Assembly: GCA_004764695.1 (NCBI GenBank)
Contig: SMSO01000035.1
Coordinates: 3,422,040-3,486,039, forward strand
Direction of reading: 5' to 3'
DNA: 64,000 nt
DNA from: Schizochytrium sp. TIO01
Taxonomy: Eukaryota > Protista > Bigyra: Labyrinthulomycetes
Position 1 is the first letter of the stretch, and every line of letters starts with the position of its first letter. Below are positions 1 to 11,300 of the stretch, piece after piece. Under the pieces are notes generated by a model, which saw only the letters and a list, made by a program, of their open reading frames with translations, was not told the DNA's origin and searched no databases. The translations under genes were made by a program, and so were the position numbers.

Positions 1-1298
1 TGGGGGAGGGGCTTGACAGTTTTACGAGTGGGTGAAGCTGCAATAATTTTACAAGGCGAGTATATGATATTTGGAATGCAAGGTCTATTGAGAATCAATA
101 TGAGTGAACTGAAAATATGGAACAGAAAAAAAAGTAAGAAACATCTCTCATTCTGCGCTGTTTTTACTATCTACAAACTCTAAATTTTACAATTATACAT
201 TTATTGTTTAAAATTTTTTGGGTATAGTTAAGATAAGCTTGCCACTAACATGCGAAGAACTAGATGAATTTTGGCGAGTTTAGATGCAAAGTCTGTTTAA
301 AATTTATCAATGTAAGTGAGGAGGGTGAGGAGGAGATGCGAAACAGGAAGAAAGTGAGAAACACCCTCCTTTCTGTTCTATTTTTACAATCTACAACTCA
401 GAAATATTAAATTGATTAGTAAGTTATGCTACAAAACATAGTTGCCAAAGGAATATATGATCAAATAGTATATTTTATGTAATTGCAGTTTTAAGACAAA
501 AGAGGTTGTAAATCTGGATACCAAGCTAAAGCAAGCCCATCTTTTACTTTACATTACTAACCTCTTCCTTGTCACACAGTTCATCGTACTTACCAATAAA
601 GATCTTGCACACTACCTTGAAGTTCCATACGAATTGCCCATCATAAGTACCAAGTTCTGGGCGGGTGCCTGCCGTACTCAAATACATCAAGCAAGCGCAT
701 TGGGCATAATGCATTCCTTCAAGGAGAACCCTTCCCTTCAGATCACAGAGTACATCGACGCAAGATTTAAGTTCGCACCATTCCCCCTCCAGGCAGCATT
801 TCCAGATAAGTTCTCGTCGCCCACTTCATACGCTCTCGTTATCTGGACTGCCTAAGAACTTTTTACGTATCGGAGAATTGCAAGTATCTCCTTCACAGGA
901 GTCGCTTTCAGATTGTTGACGACTCCCCGAATCTATACAACACAGATTTGCGTGTCTCTGCTGGCCTTTCCAACCTAAAGCCAGCGATAACTTCGACCCC
1001 ATTCGACTCGTACAGGTCAGACCCCGTCGCTTCCTAGTTATTTCTCAATGTTTCTGCTTAAACGCACCAACTCCTCTTTAAGGTGTAACTTTCCTTTTCC
1101 CTTCATAATCAGGCACCTTATCTTCTTCGTGTATCATACGATACATACGCTCCAGAGAGTCTCAACTTTCGTGTTCAGTTAGTTTTACTTCCCGTTCTAA
1201 GGCAGTTCCCCTTTAACTCTATTGTGCAGCTTATGTAGCACTTCCTACGTCCTCAGCAATACATTTACTCAATCTTGAACTTGTATTTTCTCAAAGAA
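1..1298. repeat. Direct repeat X, copy 1 (left end outside the window)
   Basis: 1-1298 aligns almost base for base with 7667-8976 (start tgggggaggggcttgacag, end ttgtattttctcaaagaa). It contains only short, stop-interrupted frames. Confidence 0.95.
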
Positions 1299-1865
1299 TG
1301 AAGTAGAGGTTCAGGGTATCTATACAAGGATGTTTTCAATACCCCTCACAAGACTTTATGAATGCCCTCCAAGTAAATATCGAGACATTGCAGAACAAAC
1401 GAGAACCGATATAAGTCAAGACTCTATGTAACATTCAACAGTATGATGAAGTATGTCAAAGTTACAGAGTCGGTCACCCTGTTCCTTGCATTCTTAGACT
1501 GAATAGTATAAAGGCACTTTCTACGAGTCTAAAAATTACGGGGTGCTTCCAAGTTTGACTTCGAAAGCTCTACGATCAGAGGACTGATTAGTATCACCGC
1601 GAAGAGTTAGACACATATCCAGGAAAAGGTGCAGGAAAAGGTGCAACCGCGCAGGGGGTGTCCAGATATTTAGAGCCTTAGGAAGGGCTGCTGATGACGA
1701 ACGAATCCAATCAAACTGTTTCTTTGCACCTCTGCGCCGGAGGTCATCCTCGTGGACAATTGCTCTCAGCTGCGAAGAGCACTCCAAAGAAATCAAGCAA
1801 GCACGCAAGCAAGCAAGCAAGCAGGCAAGCAGGCAAGCAAGCATTTGGACAAAGTGTTTCTGTGT
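1299..1865. repeat. Diverged repeat Y, copy 1 (paralogous to ~13110-14135)
   Basis: Shared colinear blocks such as ataccccTyacaa, ttcgaaagctc, ctgattagtat..cgcgaagagtt, gcctta.gaagg.ctgctgatg and gcatttggacaaagtgtt; much more diverged than X. Confidence 0.75.
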
Positions 1866-1990
1866 GGACAAATGAAAAAACAATGATTGGGACGGAAATA
1901 AAAATAAAAATAAAAATAAAAATAAAAATAAAAATAAAAATAAAAGAAAAAGGAAAAGAAAAGAAAAAGGAAAAGAAAAGAAAAGGAAAC
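1794..1990. repeat. Microsatellites (GCAA)n and (AAAATA)n
   Basis: Directly visible; they generate the spurious LACL and KIKI ORFs. Confidence 0.9.
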
Positions 1991-3109
1991 GGATGAGTGT
2001 CAGTCAATACTGAAAAAGCGCACACGGTCCCAAATCTTGAGTTTGGAGTGCACCGCCGCTTTCCCACGGCTTAGATACCGCCAATCGACCGGGCTCGTGG
2101 GTAAATGGAGGCACCATTTCGAAACGAAGCCAGCGGCCTAGCGTTGATCCTTTTGCGAAGGTTGGTTACAGTATCCTATCGTGAGAGAGGCCTGGAGAAC
2201 CCGTACGTGCAGGCGGACGGGCTCCCGGGAAGAATCGACCTTCTCAATGCTGCACTATCGTAGCCTCCTCCAAACACTCACTGGTGGGTGGGTGAACGTG
2301 CGTGCAAGTACACGTGTACGCGAGCCCTTGTCAGGGAGTTCTCTGAGGACTGCAGGGGGTCTCGCTCGAGCGCAGCGTCAGTAAACTGGCTGTACGAACT
2401 GCCGACGGATGGGGTCGTTGACGCTCATCGCTGAAGACCTCGCTTTGGGCCTCTCCTCGACTGCTCCGGCAGTTTAGAACTCGCACTGCTATGTTCTAAC
2501 TTCAGGCTTTGTCTGTCTCAGAGACAGACGGCGTGCTGAAGCTGAGTGAGTAAGTAAGTAAGTAAGAGCTCTTCTTCAAGTTCTTCTTCAAGTTGTTCTT
2601 CAAGTTCTTCAAGTTCTATGCCCAAAGAAAGACCATCGCAATGTGTTCTTTGTTTATGGAAGGGGCCCACACTTTGCTAAGAAGTTTACGTTTCTCTGAG
2701 CGAACAGTCGAATAAATAGTGAGAATCGATGACGTGCACTCGCATTCAAGCCAAGCGCCCGACTATCTTTAGTTGAAATACACTGAGCTGCTGGCTGCAC
2801 TGGGCGTGCTGGAAATTCAAGTGCGCACAGTAGGGGCTGCCCGGCTATCTTTTAATTGGGGATCACGAAGGTGATGTGAGCGTTGAAAAACAAATGCACT
2901 AAGCAATCTGATCTGCGCTCTTGTAAGACAAATTCACCACCGTTGAAGGCCTCTCCCTTCTGTTCACGCCAGTCTCGGCTGGCGGCAAACCTGATCGGCG
3001 CACGGCATAGCCAGGAGAGGCAAGGCTAAACGTCCTAAGCAAGGCACCAAGCTGGTTGAGAGGACGTGTCCTCGCTAGCACTCTCTTGGAGATGTCCTTG
3101 TTCGGCAAG

Positions 3110-5737
3110 ATGCCGTTGCCGAGGGAGAAGATCTTGCCGAGCGAGGAGACCTTGCCGAGCGAGAAGACCTTGCCGAGCGAGGAGACCTTGCCGAGCGAGA
3201 AGACCTTGCCGAGCGAGATGTGCTTGACGGGCAAGATGTGCTTGAAGGGCAAGATGCCCGGACGGGCTTGGTTGTGCGTTCTGGTGAACATCGTAGTTCT
3301 GCTTCTGGTTGGAGTGTGGGTGGATAAAGCTTACGCGCTCCGAGAGGAACTAGACAGTGACTTCATCGCCGTTCGCGACAATGCCATGGTCTCTGGGCTT
3401 TCCATGACGGAGGACAAGATGCAGCAGAATAAGTCGGCGACGAGCTCCTTCAGTTCGCCCTCGCAGAGAGAGGTTGTCTCTAAGGAGGACAAGATGCAGC
3501 AGACAAAGTCGGCGACGAGCTCCTTCAGTTCGCCCTCGCAAAGAGAGGTTGTCTCTAAGGAGGACCAGATGCAGCAGAATAAGTCGGCGACGAGCTCCTT
3601 CAGGTCGCCCTCGCAAAGAGAGGTTGTCTCTAAGGAGGACAAGATGCAGCAGAATAAGTCGGCGACGAGCTCCTTCAGGTCGCCCTCGCAAAGAGAGGTT
3701 GTCTCTAAGGAGGACAAGATGCAGCAGACAAAGTCGGCGAGGAGCTCCTTCAGGTCGTCCTCGCAAAGAGAGGTTGTCTCTAAAGAAGCCGTGTTGCTTC
3801 AGAAGGAGTTGAAGGAGTCTAAACAGTTAATGCTCCCGACCGTGAATCGCAGCGAATACAACCTTGCGGATGTCGACGCAACCGCCAAAGTCCCGATTTG
3901 GATTGGGCCTTCGAAGCCCTTAATGCGCCGCGAGAAGGGCAAGCCACTTCGCGTCTGGTCTATTTCTGTCTACGATGACAACAACCCACCCCTCGGACCC
4001 ATGTTTACGACGGCTCAAGCGCTGCTGGACAGAGGCATCATTGACGAGGTTCACTATCACGACTTTGGTTGCAAGTCCAATGATCGAGCCCATAAGGTGT
4101 TGAGATCACACAAAGCACTTACTAGCGAGATCATCGTGGAACAAAGGAATAAAATCAAACCGTCTGCTGTGGGACCCTTAGCAACCCACCGAGCAGCCCA
4201 GGGTATGTCTATATGGCCACGCTACTGCACACCTTCAATGGTCTACGACCTGTATGCGCGCATTGCTGAGAATGACGACGTCATTCTGTTCTCAGAGAGC
4301 ACTCTTCTGGAATATCCGACACCAGAGAAGGTGGAGCGACTCCTTCTCACGGCGCAGACACAACATAAAGAGGTTGCATGGTCCGCGAATCTCATCAACA
4401 ACGCCGTCACGTCCTGGATGCATCAGGCCCTTCGCGTGCTGCCTTTCTCCATCGCGAGTTTGGACATCCCCTCCGGTGATGGTTTGAAGTCGGATCTGGA
4501 CATCAACGGTGCGCTTGCGTACAAGCTTGCTCTGCACTACGCTCGCAACAAAGAAGCCTATTCATCTATGGATGGGTATGTGTCCGTGCCTACTGGAGTT
4601 GGCATGAATTTAGACTTCGCTGCGGTTCGCGGCGAGCGCCTCCAGCAGGCGCAAAAGCATATCCTCAACGGCCTTCATCCGGTCGTTGCTCTCACCCAAA
4701 AGGTGGCGCAGGAGCAAGCTGCCCCAGTGAAAGTGGATCTTGGCGTGCTTGCAGTACAGGGTGCTCGCGCCACGCAGTCGGCATATGGCCGAGATATTAG
4801 ATCTGTTATCGCTCACGGCACCAAGACTTTTGCGCTGCCCAAGCCTGTGGACCACCCAACTTCGCGTGTCTTCAACCAATCGCGCAGTGAGAACCTCAAC
4901 ATTTGGATGATCTTTGCTGGTCGGCGGAACCGCCTCGAACTGCAGGTCGGCTTCTGGATCGAAGCCATTGAGAAGGGCTTCATCGATGAAGTGCATCTCT
5001 GGGACTATACCTGCCTGTACCCAAACAGACCTGATAGGAAGGAAAACCAAGACTACCTGATCGAGCTCTCCAGCACCTACCCCTGGATCTTTGTCTTAGA
5101 TTCTCCCTGCAATGGCTGGATTCCCGCGTACTCCTTCTACCAAATTTGGCTGCGAGAGCAAGACGTTGTTATCAAAGCTGACGACGACATCATCTACGTT
5201 CGCGTGGATGCTATCCCGGGCTTCACTGCCGCTGTTCGTGAGCACCCCATTCTCGATATTGTCAGCGCGAACGTCATTAACAATGGTGTCTGCGCGTACT
5301 TCATGCAAGCGCACGCCGGGTGCAGCACACCAGAAGAGATTGACGTGATGGAGTACCCCGAGAACGGTCCACACAACGGGTTCGGCGGCACGCTCTGGGA
5401 AACCAGAAAGGCTGCCATGAGGGTCCACGAGCACTTTGTGAAAAATCCTACCTGTTACTTTAGCATGCAAGGTCTGCAGAAGTATTCGGAGCGGTTATCT
5501 ATTAACTTCTTCGCCTGGAGTGGCGCTAAGGCAGACAGAGTCGCCTGGTACGCCTCCTTCGGCTCGGATGATGAATTTGCTCTTACTTATATGTGGAACA
5601 CCGTAGACAAGGGGCAGGAGGCTATCTACAACCCTCTTATCGTCTCGCATGCAACTTTTGGCTCGGACCAGCAGCATGCCTACGACTTCATCGTCAAGCT
5701 CTACAAAGATGCAAAGCTCCCAACTTCTCTGCGCTGA
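3110..5737 (+). CDS. Type II membrane protein with two tandem GT-A-like (glycosyltransferase-like) domains, paralog A
   Basis: 893-aa ORF; the ATG at 3110 is shared with the paralog (an upstream ATG at 3092 is also possible). It has one TM segment (AWLCVLVNIVVLLLVGVWV) and a Ser-rich stem. The C-terminal domain carries IFAGRR, IDEVHLWD, VIKADDDIIY (DxD-like), SANVINN and LSINFF. Confidence 0.7.
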   Translation: MPLPREKILPSEETLPSEKTLPSEETLPSEKTLPSEMCLTGKMCLKGKMPGRAWLCVLVNIVVLLLVGVWVDKAYALREELDSDFIAVRDNAMVSGLSMTEDKMQQNKSATSSFSSPSQREVVSKEDKMQQTKSATSSFSSPSQREVVSKEDQMQQNKSATSSFRSPSQREVVSKEDKMQQNKSATSSFRSPSQREVVSKEDKMQQTKSARSSFRSSSQREVVSKEAVLLQKELKESKQLMLPTVNRSEYNLADVDATAKVPIWIGPSKPLMRREKGKPLRVWSISVYDDNNPPLGPMFTTAQALLDRGIIDEVHYHDFGCKSNDRAHKVLRSHKALTSEIIVEQRNKIKPSAVGPLATHRAAQGMSIWPRYCTPSMVYDLYARIAENDDVILFSESTLLEYPTPEKVERLLLTAQTQHKEVAWSANLINNAVTSWMHQALRVLPFSIASLDIPSGDGLKSDLDINGALAYKLALHYARNKEAYSSMDGYVSVPTGVGMNLDFAAVRGERLQQAQKHILNGLHPVVALTQKVAQEQAAPVKVDLGVLAVQGARATQSAYGRDIRSVIAHGTKTFALPKPVDHPTSRVFNQSRSENLNIWMIFAGRRNRLELQVGFWIEAIEKGFIDEVHLWDYTCLYPNRPDRKENQDYLIELSSTYPWIFVLDSPCNGWIPAYSFYQIWLREQDVVIKADDDIIYVRVDAIPGFTAAVREHPILDIVSANVINNGVCAYFMQAHAGCSTPEEIDVMEYPENGPHNGFGGTLWETRKAAMRVHEHFVKNPTCYFSMQGLQKYSERLSINFFAWSGAKADRVAWYASFGSDDEFALTYMWNTVDKGQEAIYNPLIVSHATFGSDQQHAYDFIVKLYKDAKLPTSLR
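3410..3784 (+). repeat. Coding tandem repeat, 5 x 75 bp (EDKMQQNKSATSSFSSPSQREVVSK)
   Basis: Five near-identical units; the paralog has only one. Confidence 0.95.
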
Positions 5738-7666
5738 CATTCACGACTACTGGTAGATTCGGGTGATAAAACACCACGTACTATCTTCAGGATAATGTCC
5801 TTGGTGTATCCTTGTCTACTCGTATCCTTGATCTGGACAAACTATCGCCATTGCATGCGCAAATCACAGTAATCTCTTCACTTAACGCCGCGCCACTGAC
5901 CCCTGTTCGCCCATCCAGCCACACTGTGTGATCTGCCCGAGGCCTTCAGAAGAGAAAGATGATGAAGATGAATTGCTCCTAGATTACGCTCGACTGTATC
6001 TCAATTTTAGTTCAAAAGTCGAAGAAGAGACGGCACCACATACTACGCAGCGCCTCGCGGTGCACGGCCAAGAAGACCCGACACGAAGTCCTCGTGCAGG
6101 GCAGTGCGTTGTACGGCAAGCACGCGACGGATGTTGGCGACCGTGACGACAAAGACCTCCATATCGTCCACGCTATGGTGCAGCCGTCACTCCTCGAATT
6201 AGCACGCCCAATAAGGTCTCTGGCTCGTCGTACCAACGCCAGGGATGTTGAAGAGGAACTTGAAGACGAAGCTGGAGGGGTAGATAAACTGCTGGCGGAA
6301 TTTACATGTTTGACTCTTGGTTGATTTAGAACAGAACGATGTGCTAGAACGTTCCATTTGCCCTCCATACTAAGTAAAAGTCGTTCCAAGCGCGAGTTTT
6401 TGGCTCAGTTGGACGAGAGGCGCTTGTCAGCTAGCACATTAGGAGACCACCCAGTGATAGTGGACTCAATTATTTACAGTTCATAAAGAACTTTAAATTC
6501 GGATTAAATGCTAAATCACGTCCCACAGTTAAAGCCATGTATCTTCAAATGCATATCAGAAAACTCGCCTACACAATGTGTTTGTGAGGATAAGCAGAGT
6601 TTCCCACTAGACTTTTGTCTGTTCTCTACTATGCTCTCTACCCCCCGCGTGTGTTTTTTTGAGCTCACGTCAGCATGACAGATGTAACCCTCAAGTACTC
6701 ACTACTTTCACCTTTAGTTATAAAAAATGGGCGAAGAACATTATCGCTCTCGATTTTGTGAAGCTTTTCCTCCTTCGTTCTTTCCTTCTATTGCTCTCTG
6801 CATTTTGAGAGTACGCGAGCCAGGTTAATCTTGCATCACTCCAATCGACGCAAGGAAACGTCAGAGGGCCAAGTTGGAGAGGTCTGAGGCTCGAAATGTT
6901 GGTTTGGGCTTAGTGTATGGAGTAGTCTTGTGAGTTTTGGTGAAAATGTTGGAGAGCTCGTTTCCTGTGAATAGAGACAAACTTACTTTTGCAAGGCGAG
7001 ATTCCCTGACAGTCGCGACTATGCAGACCCCTTGTAAGTGGAGGAGAAGAGTTATTTCGGCCGAGTCGTGGGGCCACAGACTGTTTGGTTCACGTCGAGG
7101 TCACGATTTATTGGAGGAGTTCCTGCATATTGACAATTCACTATTGAATTTCGTGATAATTTCATCGTGGCTGTGCCTGAGAGGGCAATGAACTCTCCGA
7201 AGGGGAGATATCGCTGTCCTGATTGAGAGTGTCATAATGCTGTCGACTGTGTACTGATCATCATGCGGGAATTCCCTTTGAGGTTTTATGTTGAAAATTA
7301 AATAGTAAATTGAATATACAATCAAATAGTAAAGACACTCGGGGGTTTGGGATGTGGTGACGGGGAATATAAATGTTGGAGATGTATGCGCGTCTGTTTT
7401 GAGTTATTTTATAATTTAACTTTGGGCTCGAAGCTGGGTTTGGACTCCTGATAACGCGAAAAGGTTTACCTTTAGACAACAAAGCAACATTTTTCGATGC
7501 GCAGCGACCAATTGGACTCTTTCGGATTGTCCCTGTAAAAGTGACTTAGAAAGTCCCAAGCGTTGCATTAGTCTCACACGGTGAGACATGTGGGATTTGT
7601 CATTTTTGGCAGGTCCTATGTTTGTGAATACGCAATGATAAAGGGTAATGCGATGTAGTGTGAATT

Positions 7667-8976
7667 TGGGGGAGGGGCTTGACAGTTTTACGAGTGGGTG
7701 AAGCTGCAATAATTTTACAAGGTGAGTATATGATATTTGGAATGCAAGGTCTATTGAGAATCAATATGAGTGAACTGAAAATATGGCACAGAAAAAAAAG
7801 TGAGAAACATCTCTCGTTCTGCGCTGTTTTTACTATCTACAAACTCTAAACTTTACAATTATAGTAAAATTTCTACATTTATTGTTTTTAAAAAATTGGG
7901 TGTAGTTAAGATAATCTTGTCACTAACATGCGAAGATCTAGATGAATTTTGGCGAGTTTAGATGCAAAGTCTGTTTAAAATTTATCAATGTAAGTGAGGA
8001 GGGTGAGGAGGAGATGCGAAACAGGAAGAAAGTGAGAAACACCCTCCTTTCTGTTCTATTTTTACAATCTACAACTCAGAAATATTAAATTGATTAGTAA
8101 GCTATGCTACAAAACATAGTTGCCAAAGGAATATATGATCAAATAGTATATTTTATGTAATTGCAGGTTTTAGACAAAAGGGGTTGTAAATCTGGATACC
8201 AAGCTAAAGCAAGCCCATCTTTTACTTTACATTACTAACCTCTTCCTTGTCACACAGTTCATCGTACTTACCAATAAAGATCTTGCACACTACCTTGAAG
8301 TTCCATACGAATTGCCCATCATAAGTACCAAGTTCTGGGCGGGTGCCTGCCGTACTCAGATACATCAAGCAAGCGCATTGGACATAATTCATTCCTTCAA
8401 GGAGAACCCTTCCCTTCAGATCACAGAGTACATCGACGCAAGATTTAAGTTCGCACCATTCCCCCTCCAGGCAGCATTTCCAGATAAGTTCTCGTCGCCC
8501 ACTTGATACGCTCTCGTTATCTGGACTGCCTAAGAACTTTTTACGTATCGGAGAATTGCAAGTATCTCCTTCTCAGGAGTCGCTTTCAGAATGTTGACGA
8601 CTCCCCGAATCTATGCAACACAGATTTGCGAGTCTCTGCTGGCCTTTCCAACCTAAAGCCAGCGATAACTTCGACCCCATTCGACTCGTACAGGTCAGAC
8701 CCCGTCGCTTCCTAGTTATTTCTCAATGTTTCTGCTTAAACGCACCAACTCCTCTTTAAGGTGCAACTTTCCTTTTCCCTTCATAATCAGGCACCTTATC
8801 TTCTTCGTGTATCATACGATACATCCGCTCCAGAGAGTCTCAACTTTCGTGTTCAATTAGTTTTACTTCCCGTTCTAAGGCAGTTCCCCTTTAACTCTAT
8901 TGTGCAGCTTATGTAGCACTTCCTACGTCCTCAGCAATACATTTACTCAATCTTGAACTTGTATTTTCTCAAAGAA
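7667..8976. repeat. Direct repeat X, copy 2 (may extend further left)
   Basis: Near-identical to 1-1298; similarity stops 32 bp before the GH127 stop codon. Confidence 0.95.
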
Positions 8977-9008
8977 AAACGCGCGTACTTCAGGCCGTCA
9001 ACCGACTA

Positions 9009-11300
9009 TCATTCTTGCATGGGTTCGTCTTGTGCCATGGCCGCGAGGTGGCGAGAGGTGGTTGGGAACTCGGCAACGCGGAGATTCGTCGCGCCATAGG
9101 GGATCAGTGTCATGGTTAGCACGCCACCGGCAAGATGCATCGGAGACACAGGGCTCTGGGGGGGGATATCGGCCCATCCGGTGGTGTAGTTTGCAATGGA
9201 GGTCGTGCCGCGCAGACAGGTCTGGGCCAAGCCTTCATTACCAGTCTGCGCAGTCCGCTTGTGCTTGAGGTCCCAGGCCTCGGGACGCACAGGAGCGAAC
9301 TTAGCTCTGAGAGCCACCGGTACGAGCGCCTCGGCGAAGGGTCCTTGGCCTTTGGGCGGTTTGGGTGCAGTGCGAAGCATGTCCACGACCTCAAAGTCGC
9401 TCTCCGCACGGTCAGCATTGCCGATAACCAGAGCGTAGCGCCACTCCCCGGTGCCGAGCAGATAGTGATTCCACGAGTGCAGCTGGCCCTCGGGCAGTAG
9501 GCCAGATTCCTCCTGCTGGTTGTTGCGCGAATCACGCACAAAGCTGCGCGGCATGGCGTACAGGAGCGGGCCACGCCAAACATTCACCGCTCGCGAGTCC
9601 ACAGGTGGTGCAGGAGGAGGATCAACCTGGTAGGGTGCACGACGCTCAATGCGGACATTCATCGGTAGCGTGAGCAATACGTCTGTGTCGCCAGCTTCGA
9701 GCCAGACTGCGAACATATTGCCGGCGGGGGCCTTCTGTGGGCTGCCATCTGCGACGCGCACGCTGGCATCGGTACACCACTTGGGAATGCGCAGTTCGAG
9801 CGGGAAGCGCTCTGATGCCCCCCTAACTTCGATGCGAATGCTCTCGGCGAAAGGATAGTTGGTGTCAACACGCAGGCTCTCGATCCGTGCTCCGCCAGAG
9901 AGCTCTACAACCCGCTGCGTAGAGCTGCTAAAATAGTGCACTACTGCAAGGCTCCCCTTGGGCGTGGTCATGAGCTGACGCGCCGCAAAGCGAACCCATC
10001 CCTGGGCATGGTTTGTGATGCAACACTCGTAGACCATGCCGAAGCAATAACCGCAACCTCGCTCGCATGTTGGCTCCCCGTCCATGGCGTCAAGCTTATT
10101 GACCTGCTGAAAGTAGTTGAGCGTCCACATGGTGCCGTTAAAGAAAGCTGCTGGCATTGCGTTGTAGGCGATTTCCTCCACCCGGTCCATGTAGGTAGAT
10201 TTGCCAGAGGCCATGAACATCGTGGCGGCCGAATTCATGATTTCCACCACCGTGCAAGTCTCTGTGCCACGGTCCGGCGTGCGCCCGCTCAGACATTCAT
10301 CGCCCGTGAAAACACCTGTGGCCTGTCCGTGCAGCTTCATGATGCGATCCCATGCAGCGTGCCCGCGCTCTAGCCATGAGGCATCGCCTGTTTGCCTATA
10401 CATGAGTGCCCAGACCATCATGCCATGGCCCACATTCACACCGTGTGTCCACTGCCGATCGACATGAGGGAGCCATTTGTTGTAGCCAATTTCAATTGCG
10501 TCCTTGGTGTTGTCCGGGAACCACCCACGAGCCCGCGCCGTCGTGAACGGGTGCGTGGAGTTGCTCTCGAACCACTTTGGCCACTGTAAGCCCGACTCGG
10601 ACGTCTCCTTGAGCAGGAGGCGCAGCGTTTCGCGATCTTCCTTCGTAATCTCGGCGCCGGCGCACTTCGTGTTCTCAAACTCCAGCAAGAAATGATAGCC
10701 CTCGAAAAGCTCCTGCCACCGCGAGTAGGCCCATATCCACTCCTTGAGCGGTCTGGCGAGCAAATGCATCCGAAGACGATCCGCAAAGCGGTAGAGCGCC
10801 TTACACATGCGCGCATCGGGCTTGTTATCGATGTAGGTGGCCATGGCTGTCACGAAGCGAAAGGTCGACCAGGGGTTGCCATCCTTCAGCGGGCCAAGCC
10901 AACCATCCTGCGCGTCAGCTGTGTCCAGAACCCGCGCAATGTAGCCCTCAATCAAATTGCGGAGCTTCTCGTCTTCCGTCAGCACTGACAGTGCCCACGC
11001 GCCGTTGACCCAGTACGGAAAGGGTTCGGCCAGGTCGTTCGTCCCAGGCCCGCCTAGCCACGCACTCTTCTCCATCTTGCCCTTATCGCCGAGGGACCTC
11101 TGGCCGACAAGGCCGGCGCTCTCAGCCAGGAGCTGGTCCCTCAGCCACCCCTCGGGCTTCACGTTGCCAAGCGAGAGGGGTGTATAAGCGTTGAGCGCGA
11201 GCTCCTGCGCCGCGCTCTGCACGGACGTCGGCATCGCGACAATCATTATCGCGACAATCATCATCGCAGCCAGCAGGGTCGCCGCCGCGAAGCTCGCCAT
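9009..11300 (-). CDS. Secreted GH127/GH146-like beta-L-arabinofuranosidase
   Basis: 763 aa, hydrophobic signal peptide. Motifs: VKPEGWLRDQL, HGVN, FTGDECLSG, ETCTVVE, ECCITNHAQGW (Zn-binding Cys), TNYPF, LRIPKW, RGPLLY, LIPYG. Confidence 0.85.
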   Translation of the reverse strand: MASFAAATLLAAMMIVAIMIVAMPTSVQSAAQELALNAYTPLSLGNVKPEGWLRDQLLAESAGLVGQRSLGDKGKMEKSAWLGGPGTNDLAEPFPYWVNGAWALSVLTEDEKLRNLIEGYIARVLDTADAQDGWLGPLKDGNPWSTFRFVTAMATYIDNKPDARMCKALYRFADRLRMHLLARPLKEWIWAYSRWQELFEGYHFLLEFENTKCAGAEITKEDRETLRLLLKETSESGLQWPKWFESNSTHPFTTARARGWFPDNTKDAIEIGYNKWLPHVDRQWTHGVNVGHGMMVWALMYRQTGDASWLERGHAAWDRIMKLHGQATGVFTGDECLSGRTPDRGTETCTVVEIMNSAATMFMASGKSTYMDRVEEIAYNAMPAAFFNGTMWTLNYFQQVNKLDAMDGEPTCERGCGYCFGMVYECCITNHAQGWVRFAARQLMTTPKGSLAVVHYFSSSTQRVVELSGGARIESLRVDTNYPFAESIRIEVRGASERFPLELRIPKWCTDASVRVADGSPQKAPAGNMFAVWLEAGDTDVLLTLPMNVRIERRAPYQVDPPPAPPVDSRAVNVWRGPLLYAMPRSFVRDSRNNQQEESGLLPEGQLHSWNHYLLGTGEWRYALVIGNADRAESDFEVVDMLRTAPKPPKGQGPFAEALVPVALRAKFAPVRPEAWDLKHKRTAQTGNEGLAQTCLRGTTSIANYTTGWADIPPQSPVSPMHLAGGVLTMTLIPYGATNLRVAEFPTTSRHLAAMAQDEPMQE

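Larger units (their letters stand above)
2726..5989. repeat. Segmental duplication, copy 1 (partner ~16506-19478), including upstream region, gene and 3' flank
   Basis: Colinear similarity from cgatgacg.gcactc..attcaagccaagc to gccttcagaagagaaag.tgatgaagat. Confidence 0.92.

Noticed and set aside
1536-2067. ORFs with LACL, KIKI or FIFI repeats (and similar ORFs at 48-52 kb)
   Set aside because: They are translations of microsatellites.
1-8976. LTR retrotransposon bounded by X and X'
   Set aside because: No gag, RT or integrase motifs between the repeats, no demonstrable TG..CA ends, PBS or TSD, and the left end is outside the window.
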